Numbered from the stretch's first letter, positions 47,207-62,894 are shown. The stretch: 64,000 nt of DNA from Chrysomallon squamiferum (GCA_012295275.1 CM022670.1:41726001-41790000), one strand, 5' to 3'. The notes: a model not told the origin generated them from the letters alone. Made by a program: numbers and translations.

Positions 47207-47725
47207 AAATACATTAAATAAAAATAGTTTAAAAAATAATTTCATTCGAGTCTGCATTTTCATCTTTTGATTTTACGTAATAAATAGCAGCATACATAAA
47301 AGGTTGTAATGAACACTGTTAAATTAAACAATAAAAATGAAAATAAAATAAGCAAGCTTCATGCAAACAAAAAATGTTTAAATTAGTCATTCAGTCAGTC
47401 AATCAATCAATAAAGAAACAAACAAATAAAAACTGATAAAATAAGAAAGCAAACCAACATCATAAAATAACTAAATAGATAAATAAGCAAACAAGCAAGC
47501 AATCAAACAAACACAAAATAGGTAAATTAATTTATTAATACATAATTAAGCAATTAAATAAATAAATAACTAAATAAACGATTGAGCAAATGACAACAGA
47601 TTAAAAAACCAACAATAGATAAATTAAAAATTAAAAACAGCAACAAGCAAAACAGAAACAACAAAAAAATAAATAAATAGGCAAGGATGCTAACAAACAA
47701 ACAAATAAGCAAGCAAGTTAGCAAA

Positions 47726-47760
<35 letters not shown>

Positions 47761-47943
47761 ATCAGGAAGGAAGGAAGAGAGCAACCAACAATCTTTATGT
47801 CATATTTAACAATTACACTAATTTATTAAGATCCTAACAAACAAAAAATGTTGAACGTTGCAAATGGTCTATTTTCAAAGTCGAGACACCTGGTTGAGTT
47901 GTTTCACTTCAGTTTTATAACTGTGTTTAACATGCGTAACTTC

Positions 47944-48083
47944 AGCTTTGCGCAGTGGCGATACCGTAGCCAGTGAGGTTTATCCGAGGCGTGGTTATTG
48001 CTATTTGAAAACTATTCCCAATACCCAGAACGGACGCCCTTCATTGGGCGGCAAGTTCAATTTTTGACAGCCCCTACGGGGGC
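47944..48083 (+). ncRNA. U4: U4 spliceosomal snRNA, copy 2
   Basis: Same as copy 1 except 3 substitutions in the 3' domain; ~78 bp of upstream (PSE-position) sequence also conserved. Confidence 0.93.
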
Positions 48084-48328
48084 AAATTTACAAAGAAACA
48101 ATATAAATATATTCTGTATTTATTTATTGTGTTGTTTTAATGACTGATTATTCTTAGCTACATATATACTTCCATATTAATTGATGTACTATATATTCTA
48201 ATCAGTGCTGCTTGTCAAAGTTTCAAGCTGCTCTTCTTTGTATTCGTTGGAAAATGTAAGATATAATGTATTTGTGTTTATAAATTTCATTTAGAAAAAT
48301 AACATTAACTAATGTGATGCTTCCTCCA

Positions 48329-48359
<31 letters not shown>

Positions 48360-49400
48360 ATTCAAAATCCACCAGTTTTCACATGTATATATTATATATG
48401 TAATACTTGTAAAAAAAAAATATTTTCTTATTGTATTTTCACTTAATTAAATAATAATAATATGTCTGTTTTATAGTCTAATTCAAACATACTAATATTC
48501 TTTACGTAAATGGCATATATGTTAAATATGTACTTTCAGCTACACTTTCTCGATGTTTTTGATTTTGTATTATGCTATTTCTTTATGAATTTAACTTGCC
48601 CATATTCACCAGCAAGCTGAAGTAAGATCTTACGTTTTTCTCATTTGCTGAGATTTTCTCGCTTTGTGTCAGAACGGACTATAAAAGTCAATGCAAGGGA
48701 ATTAACCCGTACAGCTGTATTTCCGCGCCGTTGAAATTACTTCCCTTACTGAATATTGTAACATCCGATATTAGTCATCAGTGTATTATTACTTTTTAGA
48801 TAGTTGGAAACTATTTTTAGAAATGTTAAATTATGGATATTCAGTATATAATAATTCAATGGCACAATTAAAAATGAAAACAAAGCTTTATTTTTTTCAC
48901 GAAATTTATTTATCAAAAATCATCATTATAATAGAAACATACAAAGACACATACATTTTAAAACTAAAATGTCGTTGTAAATAATATACATAAATATCTG
49001 ATCTATTCATATCAATCATCGTTGCATAAATAAAAATAATAAAAATAAATGTCAACTGAATAGTCAACAGTTGAAAATACATAATCCTATGACAATTATC
49101 ACTGAGTATGTTAAATGTTAACAACAGAAGAAAGTAACTCGTAATTTTAAACATAATAATAACAATAATAAATAAATAAAATGAAATGCCGAATTCATGA
49201 TAAAAATTAAATTAAGAATGACGCAATGTATTCCAACTTTTCTTCTGCTTCGATATATATATATATATATATATAGATATTAGCTACAGATAACAAGAGA
49301 TTATTTGTCCAGAATAGCAGAGTACGGTTTAAAACAGTCATGATATTACCTACAGATAACAAGAGATTATTTGTCCAGAATAGCAGAGTACGGTTTAAAA

Positions 49401-49529
49401 CAGTCATGGGCAAACTGCGGGGCCCGCCTAAGGAAAATAACTTTAATCGCCTGAATTAGAACCTGGGGCCCGCCTGAGGTTGAGCCATGTCTCACGTGGC
49501 CCGCTTCTCGAAAAGGTTGCCTATGCCTG
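49401..49529. mobile_element. hAT (Charlie-like) MITE
   Basis: Imperfect TIRs CAGTCATGGGCAAACT / AGGTTGCCTATGCCTG, internal GGCCCGC repeats, 8-bp TSD gtttaaaa / gtttagaa. Confidence 0.75.
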
Positions 49530-49887
49530 GTTTAGAATATCGGTGATTAAAACAAATAAAAATAAAATAAAATAAATAAATAAATAAATAAATAAATAAA
49601 CTTACAATAATTAGCTGATTACCTCTAGATTGTCTAATTATTTGATTTGTATGAAGCTAAGTCTTCACGTCTCGCCGTTGTCTGTTACATGCTCGCGTCT
49701 AAACAGGATTTAAACCAGGCGATACTGTCTGTGAGGGAGGCATCTCTGTCTTTTAATACTTTTCACTTCTATTTAACCCGTGATATGTAAGGCACGAAGT
49801 GTCTGAAAATATTACAGAAAAACACGGGTCTTGATTGATGCCAAAAGACACAGAATATTTTTCTCACACGTTCATTTCGCCTCTACG

Positions 49888-50748
49888 TCAAACGAGATCC
49901 TTACTTCCACGTCTTCTCGCCAGAGCGGCGAGATCTCGCGATGTTCTCATTGAACAAGTTCTCGGTCTGAAACCGTCGTTCACGTCCTCTTCGTCTGTTT
50001 CCTCCAGCCCGTTCAACATCGTCACACTGGACGACGGCCTGACGATGAAATTTTCGAAAAGGAAGTTGTCGTCACAGTCAAACGTTACTGTCTTTTTAAC
50101 TTCGTTGTCATTCTGGTCCGCTGTTTTAGGCTTCAGAGAGAGAATCGTGTCTTGTATGTTGAAAAACTGTCTCTTTAACAGTATGTCGTGCTGCCGGAGC
50201 AAAATCTGAAATAAATTAACGAATAAATGAATGAATAAATGAATGAATATTTGTTTGTGACTCGTCATCATATTTTCAAAATAATGTTGATCTTAAAACT
50301 ATTATATAAAGGTGACTGGAACAACGAGAAAGCGCTTCACAGTCTTTTCTTCTTCTTTTTCTTTAAATAAAAAATTTTTAATAATATATAAATATAATCA
50401 TAAGATAGTATTTCAGAGAAGTAAAACAGTGACAACAATAATTTTGTATTACCTCTTTCACGATACAGAAAATGATAAGTATTTAAGATCATTTTAAAAA
50501 TATATATATTTGGTCACGTGATATAGAGAACGTACCAACTCTTGCTTCACCCACATCATGGCCGTCATCAAGTCGTCGAGTCGTTCTCCGAGGCAGTCAC
50601 GTCGTCGTGGTTGCGCTTGACTGATTTTCCTCGTCCTGCTGTTTCTGTTGACCCCTGCGCACTCGTACCGTGTCGGGAGGCGCACCTGGCCGGGAAGACT
50701 GGAGTGTCTGATAGGAATGATTCCCGTGTCCATGTCAACGTCGTCCAT
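49888..50748 (-). CDS. FAM167/AARD/LURAP-type coiled-coil protein (~176 aa)
   Basis: Exons 50748-50536 and 50205-49888 join as AMMWVKQEL|ILLRQHDILLKRQFFNIQDTILSLK, matching the W(L/V)xxELxx(M/L)RxxDxxLxxQ motif; upstream non-coding donor candidates at 51891 and ~56569. Confidence 0.7.
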
Positions 50749-50769
50749 GTAACCTGCTGAAAACAGAAT

Positions 50770-51372
50770 ATAGTCTGTTAATTCAGTCTGTTAATTTAGT
50801 TTGTTAATTCAGCCTGTTAATTCAGTCTGTTAATCCAGTCTGTTAATCCAGTCTGTTAATTTAGTCTGTTAATTCAGTGTGTTAATTCAGTCTGTTAATC
50901 CAGTCTGTTAATTCAGCCTGTTAATTCAGTCTGTTAATTCAGTCTGTTAATTTAGTTTGTTAATTCAGCCTGTTAATTCAGTCTGTTAATTCAATCCTGT
51001 TAATTTAGTCTGTTAATTCAGTCTGTTAATTCAGTAGTTTATTTCAGTCTGTTAATTCAGTCTGTTAATTCAGTCTGTTAATTCAGTCTGTTAATTCAGT
51101 CTGTTAATTTAGCATGTTAATTCAGTCTGTTAATTAATCTGTTAATTTAGTCTGTTAATTCAGTCTGTCAATTTAGTCTTTTAATTCACTGTTAATTCAG
51201 TGTGTTAATTCAGTCTATTCATTCAGACTGTTATTTCTGTCTGTTAATTCACTCTGTCCTTGTACTTCACCTCTGCAATCTACATCTGCGATTTATCTGT
51301 TAATTCAGTCTGTTAATTCAGTCTGTTAATTTAGTCTTTTAATTCACTGTTAATTCAGTCTTTTAATTCACT
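50770..51372. repeat. 13-bp minisatellite (ttcagtctgttaa)
   Basis: About 40 copies abutting the acceptor of the FAM167-like first coding exon. Confidence 0.93.
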
Positions 51373-51508
51373 ATATGAAGCGATAAACATCTGATTACTT
51401 CGAATCAATGAAATAAACCCTATTCCAGAAAAAAGAAAGCTGATACTATATCTATATATCCATATATTTTTATATATCTGCCTGCCTGTCTGTCTGTATG
51501 TATGTCTG

Positions 51509-51587
<79 letters not shown>

Positions 51588-52322
51588 GTCTGTCTGTCTG
51601 TATGTCTGTTTGTCTATCTGTCTATCTATCTGTCTATATAATCTATCTATCTATCTATCTACAATACATACATACATATATATGTGTATGTGTGTATATA
51701 TATATATATATTTACTTACAGCTTTTTGTAATATATATATATACACACATATATGTGTATATATATATATATTACAAAAAGCCGTAAGTAAATTTTTAAA
51801 AATATTGGCGAATTAGCTATAAAGATAACACATATACAATAAAGAAAGAAAAAAAATTAAATTCTCACAGATCCTGAGTCACAAACTTACCTGTAGCGAC
51901 CACAAAACATGTATGATTTGCAAAAAGGTAACTGTGTTTACGTTACCTGTCAATTAAACTGCTTTTTCAATCAGAACCCCTGGGGCTAGAGCTGCAGGAG
52001 CCTTGATTGCCATTTCACGCCTTGGGACTCAGCAGTTACCTCGCTTTGAAAATTAAACGTTATTTATAGAGAAGTCGAATACTGCCTGAATGCAGACAAT
52101 AACTCGATAGCATATTGCTATTTTAACTCTTTTTCTGTTTTTATGAGTCTAAGTGATAAAAAAAAATAATAATAAGATAAAATAAAATAGACAAGAAGAA
52201 ATGTCGTCCTAACCGGAGGTGATAAAAAATTATACTGATTCATTATTAACAGAGTATGAATGATTTGATTAAAAAATTCAGTGTGTCATTGTTCAGAATC
52301 TGTCGTAATATATACTGGTCTT

Positions 52323-52365
<43 letters not shown>

Positions 52366-53333
52366 TTATTTTGCTTCATTTCTTTGCTTATTTTTAATTT
52401 CTTTTATGTATAATTTATAAGTTTAATTATTATTATTATTTTTTTTTTTTATATTTTTCTGTTTTGGTTTCTCTGTCATTATTATATTTTTTATTTTTAT
52501 AATTATAATTATATATTTTTTTTTTTTTTTTTCTATTTTTAAAAGTCATCTTTGTCTACTTTTAGTAAATAAAAAGTGTCAAATAAGGATGTGTTTAGGT
52601 TAAGCAGAATTTGGAAACTACGTGGAATGTTAAAGCTGTACTTACACACAATATGAAATTTATCTCTGTCAGTGCACAGTGCATGACACGAATCATTACT
52701 CAATACTTTTGTACTCCGCCCAAAACATGTGTCCGCATAACTGAGCCGTTATAGACTTATCTTACACCGTGTTACGGTATTTTACACTCTGAAACGAAAT
52801 CTTATAGTACAGTAACTGCAGATATTACACGAGTACAGTAACTGCAGATATTAAACTGAACTGGTTTAATTAGTGAATTCTCCACCCTGAATCTGGGTGA
52901 TTACAACAATGTGATGACGTCATTTGCTTACGCGTTTATCTGTTGCGTTGTCAGAACCGAGACTAAATAAATAAAAGCAGTCAGTTCGTTACGGTATCGG
53001 TCTGAAGAGACTCCCAATATCGTCGTAACATTTTACGTGTTCGTCATGCAAGGTTGCAGCACAGGTAGGCTATTGTAATTACGTCACAGCTGGCTGGCTT
53101 GATAACTGTAAGAGGTAATTATTTGAAATGAACATCCGTAACTGACACGACAATATGTGACAGAAGAAATAGATTTTATGTTGACACAACGTGCGAGAAG
53201 CAGCATGTGGAGTAATTCAGCTTTTCAGTGATTTTACCAGCATGTGTAGACAAGTACGTCATTACAATCACTTAACCCGTATCACAGGAAAAGAATAGGA
53301 AACCGCCGCGCGTGTGTGTGTGTGTGTGTAAAT

Positions 53334-53393
<60 letters not shown>

Positions 53394-53977
53394 CTGTTTG
53401 TATGAGTCTTGTTTGAGTCTAATATTGACTTTCTATTAGCAGAATAAGTGTACCAGTATTCTGTTGTTTTTTAAAAAAGAAAAATAAACAATTATAATAA
53501 AATAATTATTTTAAAAACAGCACAAACACAGGCGTATAATTAAATAACTATGTGAAATAAATCTAAAACTTACACCTGGAAATGACTTTTCTAAACAGCA
53601 TCTCTTCAATAAAAAATAAAAATTAATAATAATAAATAAATAAATGACAACAGCTATAAACTTGTCCTTGCATCCAGATGTTTTGATGAATTTATGAACT
53701 GGCGATGTTTATTTTGTTTACTTCTGTGTTGTACTCGTAAAATAAGTCTTTTGTCAGACATTCACCGATGCGGAATAAAACATTTATCTATCTAGCCCTG
53801 AGACATGAACAAAACAAAAATATTTCTTTATTTGTTATCTTTATCTATTTACAACAACTGACATATTTACTGATGTTATAAATAGCAGTAAAGTCCAAAT
53901 TTATATACATGAGAGAACGTGTGTTCATGTATGACTGTCTGTGTGTGTGTTCGTGCGTGTGTCTGTGTGTATGTGTT

Positions 53978-54080
<103 letters not shown>

Positions 54081-54713
54081 GACGAATATTAAAAGCAATC
54101 ATATTTAGAACATCAAAAGTTATTAATGGTAAAAAAATATATTTATAATACTGATAATTATAATTTTATAATAGGATCATTATTTTATCTGTTAATGATT
54201 AGAGTTTATTATCTAGAAGACAAAAGTTGATTGAAAGAGATGAAATGTGATGTCAGATTAAAATGAAAAAACCCAAACAAAACCAGAGAGAGATAAATTT
54301 AAGCAAAACAAAGAAAAGAAAAAAGATATAAAGATATAAATGGTAAGTAAAACACACGTCGTAACACTGCACCCACACGCACGCTTACGCAAACACACAA
54401 TAGCTGACTTTGTTTTACTATATTTTAAATATATATATACACTTTAATAAATATGTTTTTCTTATTGTGGACGTTGTATAACAATAGAAACGCACTATAA
54501 ATATCCATAAGTAAATACATTACGTTACATATTAAAACATGCTACGAATAGCACATTTCTTACTCACTCTCATAAAATCCAGTCATGTTTATTTATACAC
54601 AAACAGTTAAATTAAACAAGAAGTACATTAAACAACAATAATACTAACATCACCTTCATGTAGACAATAAAGTACATACAATATTAATTGTTTGTTTGTT
54701 TTTTTTTTTTTTT

Positions 54714-54768
<55 letters not shown>

Positions 54769-56125
54769 AATGTATTCTCATGCCAGGGTGTATTCAACTA
54801 ATATTTGCCAACTGTTATAAGAAATAATATCTAAGCTAAAATCTTGTGTACAGAGGGTGTAGCCATACTCGGGTATGAACATCAATTAGATAATGTAATT
54901 AACATACAACCTCGTGGTTTTCTATTGGTGTAAACGAGTCACGTGGTCCTGTTAATGATAAACTGTTAATAAAACATAAAACGTTGCACTGTTTACATTG
55001 TTTTTGTATACTGACCTTGTCATGCGTTCCTGAACCTTAATTAGATGAAGCATATAAATAATTTTAATCTGTTTACATTTTCAATACAATCTGTTTACCA
55101 CACGTTTAGAAGATACAACTTAGAAAAACAACACCATCTCAAAATAACCACAGCTACAGACTTAGCCGCTCTGAACGTCCTACAGAAATGTTGTACTGAT
55201 ATCAGTAATAACCTTTCTTTAACAGGTAAAACAGAAACCATATGCACTGTTTTTACTTTAGTGATTTCCACAATCGGTGCATCAGAATTTTAAACACGCG
55301 GTGCTGTTATAAACACTGTCAAACGAAATGACAGCAAGCTAAAAAAAAACACTACATCGAATTACTGCTATTCTATCTGTTCCTAAAGAGAAAAAAAAAA
55401 AATAATAATATTAAAATAAAATAAAAGAATACACCACTTGAAAATTAGATTAATGGTTTAATATTGCACACTTCATAGTGTGCTTTATTCAGTCTGCACT
55501 CAGTGAAACCAAACACGAGCGGGAACATAACTGCAGCAGAAAAAAAAAAATGATAAAAAAAAATGAAAAGCACACTGAATGAATTAACGAACGAAAGAAG
55601 GAAAAGTGTTATTTTATTATCGCAATGAAGCAGCTAACTTCACGACTGTTTAGTAACCCAGATACACGTAATAAAAAATACTATGCCCGGATACTTAATG
55701 TTTATAATTGGGGTCTCGTATTCAAAACGTTTATAAAGTAAATAGGACAAAACTGTTAATAAAATTATAAGAGATCGCGGTCGAACGAGCGTGAATGTCA
55801 ACAGTGAAATATTTCTTGTATACACAGCTAATGACTGAGTGAAAAGCGAAAATATTTCTATAACCGATAAAGACGTAAGAAATTGATAAAATGTTTCTCA
55901 GAAGATCAAAGTATCAGAAAACTAAAACATCAAAGAGCATATAAGTCATTTTCATACTTTCTGAAATATCATTATAAACATTTTACGAACAGAAAGTATT
56001 TAATCGCTGTAGATGTTCTGCTTGTTTGAATGTTTGAATGCGTGTACAAACGTGGATGTATGTCTACTCTAAAAGATAAAATACACGAGTCTCGCCTCAG
56101 TTATACATGCATACAAACAGATATT

Positions 56126-56200
<75 letters not shown>

Positions 56201-57444
56201 TCCATCGGTCCGCTCGTCTCTTTCTCTTTCTGTCGACTGGTTTTCAGTCTCTGTACTACGTTATTTTGTATCTCTTGATGTTTGTCGATCTCTGATTTAT
56301 CTTTTTTCTTTTTCCTTTTATATTTTCCCTGACCATGTGTTATTTGTAAGAGTGTGTGTGTTTGTAAGCATGTCTATTGATGAAATAATTATATGTGTGT
56401 TTTTGACCTTGGGTGTGTGTGTGTGTGTGTCTGCATACGTTTCGTGCGCATGTGTGTGCGTATGCGTGTGCGTGCGCCTTTGTCGGTATCTACATTTTTT
56501 TTCACGGCTGATAAAATAACAAACGCCCGGAAAATCAGTTCACAGGCGGCAAATTTTTTATCACTTACCTTCTCCGAAAAGAAAAACTCCCGATCTGTAT
56601 CCGACCTAGAAAGTTAATCGTATCTGCAGCTTGGCGTGGATTCCAATCATTTACCCAACACACGCTGTTATCGCGTTCTAATTCGATTTGGTTTAAACTC
56701 TGAACCACACCAGTCTCACAACATCAATGTGAACTTAGTATCCTGTTGTCCAATTTCATGATGGGTCGCGTGTTGGGATAGCGAAATGGCTTTAATGAAC
56801 AGCTGTGAGGTATTAAAGCGACGCACTCTGTCTGTTTGCAAATTGTACACATATGTTGAGAACTGCTCGCCAGTTTTGGAATGTGAGACGGTGCTGTTTG
56901 AAAAAATAAGAGGAGGGGTCACAGCCAGGGGGGTGCTTACGCCAAAGAGAAGTAGCAGAGTTGAAGTATTACTTACACGCTTAAACACGGATCTGTATCT
57001 CATTTCCTATTGAGATTTAAAAGTTCCACTTGAGATTTAAAAGTGTACATTCACTCACACACACGCACGGACAGACAAACACGCACACACATTTGCAAGT
57101 GTGTGAGTCTGTGTGTGCATATTTTTATCTCACATGTATTGATTAACGTGTATTTTCACGTGTGAATGTGTTATGTAAATATCTACATCTGCAAGTAAGC
57201 TGAGAGTGTATACGTGTTTGGTTATGTAATACAGTACTACATGTATATCTAAGTGTATATAAATATCTGTCTCGGATTATTGTAACTATATATGGGTGTA
57301 TATATATATATGTATATTTGTGTGTATCTACATATATGTGTTCTTTTGCCCTGTGTTTCTTAAATTGTGATTAAATCTATACGTATATATCTTTGTAAAT
57401 TGTGTAAGTATATATGTTTGTCTCAATGGATGTGTTTGCATAAA

Positions 57445-57531
<87 letters not shown>

Positions 57532-57837
57532 ATATATATATAGTATAAGTCACTATTCATATGCAAAAGTCGAGCACTTTTGACGAGGTCAAACAAAAAA
57601 AGATTATATACACATATAAGATATTTTTTCGTTTGACCTAGACACATGTGCTCGGTTTTCTGCATTTGAATAGTAACTTATACTTTATATTTATCTTTTT
57701 AACAACTGCAGGTTATTTTAAATTATTGTTTGCGACCACAGTGTCTCTTTGTAAGCGCCGTCTTATCCACGGATCTTGTCAACTGAATTTTAGAGTGTGC
57801 CTTTCTGCCTCTGTGTGTGTGGGAATGTGTGTGTGTG

Positions 57838-57931
<94 letters not shown>

Positions 57932-59704
57932 TTGTTTGAGTCTAATATTGACTTTCTATTAGCAGAATAAGTGTACCAGGATTCTGTTTATTTTTAAAAA
58001 GAAGAAAAATAAACAATTATAATAAAATAATTATTTTAAAAACAGAAAACAGTAAAGTAGTTCTAATCGACAAAAATAAAATAAAATAAAATAATCAGAA
58101 AATGTATTTTACTAGTTTTTAATTTTAACATAAAGAATAAAACAACAAATATAATCACTGGACTATTTGAAGTGTTGCCGCATTTCGTATTGCTGTAATA
58201 AATAAATCTAAAGACGAGATAGAAAAGATAGGAAGATGACTGTGAGCGGACAGATATGCAAATAGCTCGTTGTTTTAAACGTTTTACAGCTGACGTGTCA
58301 AATCGGGACACGGCGTGAAGAAATAATTTTCTTTACCCTAGAAATATCACTACACGCACCTGTCATTTTGTCACGCACACCCGGACGAAATCAGTGAATC
58401 CAAAAACTAAAACTAGGAGTTTTATTATTAATGATGTGTCCAGCATGTTGTTGTTTTTGTGTTATGATAACTGGAATGTTAACACTAGCCGACATCAAGA
58501 ACAGGAAATAGACTTATCATTCCTCAGCAGTTGTATCATTATTTTGTTTTCTCATGAATGATCATTAAACCACATCTATTAATAAAGCGTATATTATATA
58601 TGTAACTAAAACAAACAACCAAACAAATAAGTAAATAAATAAATACGACTGAAGCGATAGCAAGAAAATAAAAATATTTATGCACTTATTTCTATAAATG
58701 AACCATCTCTTACTGTAGTAAAGAACGAATAAAACATGTTCATCACGACTGGTAGATTGTGTGTTGGGAGAACGTAGTCAGTGGTTTGTGTTGTCATAGA
58801 CTTAATTACTGTACAAAGTAAAATAACATATGTATTTGTGTGTATGTGTGTGTTTGCGTGTGTGTGTGTTGTGTGTGCGCGGGTGCTGGCCAAGATAAAA
58901 GAAAAGGAAAAAAGAGAAAGAAACGAAAATAAATCTGTAGATACCTCGAGGAGAGTTCGTCATCATCATTGTAAATTTAATACTAACGGCGTCACTTAGT
59001 GTCAGTAATTCTATAATGAAATAATAATTTTAAAAAAGCTAATAAATATTAAAAAAAATAAAATAAAATAAAATAAACAACAACGAAAAAGTTTTCTTCT
59101 GCCGTCGATAAGCACAGATCAAGGAGAATCCATAATTTTTAAACGTAAAGATAATAATAATGATGATGATGATGATGATGATGATAATTTTAAAATAAGT
59201 CGTATGGCGTTCACATCTTAAGATAGTAAAAATACTAGTAATTCTAATACTGAGCAGTGTATCATTAAAAATTAATCCATTCATAATTATTTCAAGTAAA
59301 AACTTACAAAACTGAATGATACAACTTTTCTTTCCCCTTTCCCCGCGGTTTTAGATATAAGTTTATAAATCTGATCACGATAAAACAGCGTCAATTTTAA
59401 TGTTTGGTTGCTATGTTCTAACGTCACAAAACGGTCACATGACACCGGAATTGATGACGTCAGTGTTTTGTATCATTGCTATCATTTGTTTTTTTTCAGA
59501 GAATGTCAAAATTGACTTGCAGTAAATTTTCAGTAAAATAAAGCGATGTTGTGTCAGTTTTATTTGTTTATAATAATTAACGTTACGGTTATTTCTATAA
59601 CTGAAACCACGGCGCAACGATTAAACTGAAACCACGATTGTAACGAACGATAAACAGCTAAATTATATGTAGTATATCATATACAGAAATCAGTAATGCT
59701 ACAG

Positions 59705-59766
<62 letters not shown>

Positions 59767-62700
59767 CGAATATATTAAAACAACGAAATTTGCACAAATT
59801 ATTTTATTTCTAGACGACAGTGTATTTATTTAGAGTTTTATATTCATTACAAAACTATATATATATATAAAAAAAATAATAATAATAAAAAAACCCTGTA
59901 ATTTTGATTTAAGATTAAACTTTTTTTAGAACTATTAAAAAATTAACGTAACATTTGGAACTGAAATGAAATTACTGAATAATAATTAAAAAAAGAGAGT
60001 ATTTTAACTGTAATAGAAAAAGAAAATATTAATTTTTCAAAACAATTGGTGAATAAAAGCAATTAGAGTTATGTCCCATCAATCTTTTTTATTATTATTT
60101 TCTAAGTAAAGAAAGCAAAAATTTTTATTCGCGTATTATAAGATAGCAGTGAGTATGTAAAACATATGTAAATCTAAAAAAAAAAAATATATAAGCAAAA
60201 AAAACCCTCTAACTGTTTACAACTTTACAAAATAATACAGACAAAATCTAAAACAGAAATTCTAAGAATTAAACTACCTTTGCCCGAACTAAAAGCTACT
60301 AAACGAAGCGAAAACAGTTAATGCCAAATCGAGTCAGATGAAAATTTAAAATGAAAATAGATAAAAGTAATACGAAGATGATGAAGAAAAAGAAATACGG
60401 AAAGAAAGAGTGGGAAAAGAAAAAGAAAAAGGATGATGGCAAATTTTTAATCAGCAAAAACATAAAAATCACAAACAATTTATGAATGCAAATCACAAAT
60501 TAAAAATTAAACATTAAACATCAAATGATATTTTAAATAATAATAATAATAATGACAAACATGAAACAGAATGTGAAAATATAAAGAAAACGCTTACTAA
60601 TACAAAAATCATTACTGTAAGATATGTCACTTTAAGTATTAACTAAATTAATTGTAAAATAATTTATGCAGTCATTTCTGTTACCAGACCAGAACAATCA
60701 TCATAAATACTTCCACTGTTTAAAGAATACACCACCCAACAAAAAGTAAATATCACTTTTGTTAAAAACAATAAATAATTTGATTTTCAATCAAATGTTT
60801 TAATTATAAAGTAAATATAAATATCGTAAAATGTTGTTTATAAACAATTTATGCTGTATCTTTATTACTTTCTATCTTTAATGTTGTAAAGATTTATGAA
60901 AGATATTTTTAATAAAAATATGAAGTTATTTAATACTGTTTTTAATTTAATTTTGGAAATCTATGGTAACAAAATAATAATAATAATAATAAAAATATGT
61001 CAACAATAAAGGAAAGAGTAAAAACATTAATAGTTACTGATTTAATATGATAATATACAGAGTTGAATTCTACATTAAGTTTAACAACATACAACATTTC
61101 ACAAAAAATAATCCATAATCAGTGGAATGTTAACAATATTTTAAAATATGTGAATCATGACCAAATGTCAAGTAACAATACAGACATTCAAATATTTGTA
61201 TTTACACTGAGATTCATAACTATAACTCATTCACATACATGCACACTCATTTTAAGTTTTCATTAATATGGTTTTGTTTAAGAGATTCATAAATGGATGT
61301 TTTAACATACAGGTTGATATAAAGTATGAAAAATTTATAAATATTGAGATTCTGAAACATTCGGTAGAATGTTGAAATCCGAGATTCATTGAAAAAGAAG
61401 TATGTATAAATATATATAAAAGTTTTGATCTCTCTGTGAAAACAAATATTATAAATGTAAAGAGTTTAATATGAATACAAAACATTATTTTAATTTTATG
61501 ATTAATACTGTGTAAACAGGAAAATGCACACTTTAGAAAACTGCACTTTTTAAAATTTGCACAGAGACACATAACAATTGTCAAGGATATTTTCACAAAA
61601 TTTGATGTATTAAAGATTTTTTTTCTTTTCAGTTTCTCTGACTATAACATCTGACAGCATAACCAAGCTAGTTCCACGTTAAATGACTTGCTGCTGACAC
61701 CACGATCCTGAATGCTGCATTACTGCTTTCAGCAGCAAACAGGTGACATTTTTGTTTACTAAACTTTTTAAAATTTGGATGAAAACAAAAAATACCAAAC
61801 CTACCACCTGTGATTTAATTTTTATTTTTTTATCTAAATTTTAAGTTTTTTGTATATATATATATAAATAGTATTTACTTTATATACTTTTTATGAAGGC
61901 TTGTTACATACGTACTGAATGTTCATAGATATGTTACTAAATACCTCTTACACTTAGCATGCTGTCAAGATCTAGTTTCAATTTGGTTTTGCGGCAAATT
62001 AAGAAAATATAAAAATATACTTGTAAATGTAACTGTGAATGTAATAGATCTTACTAACATTGACTGAAGTTCAATATATTAATCATTATATACTATTCTT
62101 TAAATTTAATTTATTGTTTTCTTTGGTGTTTTTGGTTGTTGTTTTTTTAATTATTAATATCAATAATTATTTTATTGAGTACTGAGTTCTAATTTAAAAA
62201 ATAAATAATAAAAAATGAAAATAAACAAAAAATTATATTAAAATAAAACAAAAGGTCATGGAATGTGATTTGTAATAAAAGCAAATGTTTAACAATAAAA
62301 ATAAATATATATCACAAAACTAACACAATGGAATGTTTATCATTTCAGATATACTTATAAGGCCTACTTATAATCAACATACTTCATTTTCATTAATTCT
62401 TTACCAAGAAATAAATAAACTGCTTATTACCCTTCATAACCCACTTTTTGATTGTAATAAAAATAAAATAAAATAAAATAAAATAAAATAAAATATATAT
62501 GCAAACAAAAATTCTATTTTCAAACTTTAATTGTTTTGGTTTTTCTGCATTATTATTTTCGTTGTTATTATTATTGATAACCTTTAATAAGCAGTTTATT
62601 ATGTAACAATAAAAGTCACTTGGTCAGGAAAAAAAAAAAAGTCGTATTTCTCTAATACAATAATTCTGCTGCCAGATATTCACATTTCACATACCTTGAC

Positions 62701-62894
62701 AAATCTAAATAAATTAACATTTTTTGTTCTCACTAAAACTAAATAAATAAATTTATCACCATACACATGTCCCAGTTAAAATTTCTGATTCTATTTGTAA
62801 AAGCTTTCTCTTGTTGAAATCCTCTATTCATTGAAAAAAATATAATAATTTTTATACGTTTGGTGGTCGTAGTTACTGATCCAAGGGAAATAAC

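Noticed and set aside
47067-48083. Initial idea that these were U1 variants
   Set aside because: No ATACTTACCTG 5' end; the sequence matches U4 stem I/II regions and Sm site
56716-57013. Overlapping ORFs in a GC-richer patch
   Set aside because: No homology recognised or splice context; more likely promoter sequence
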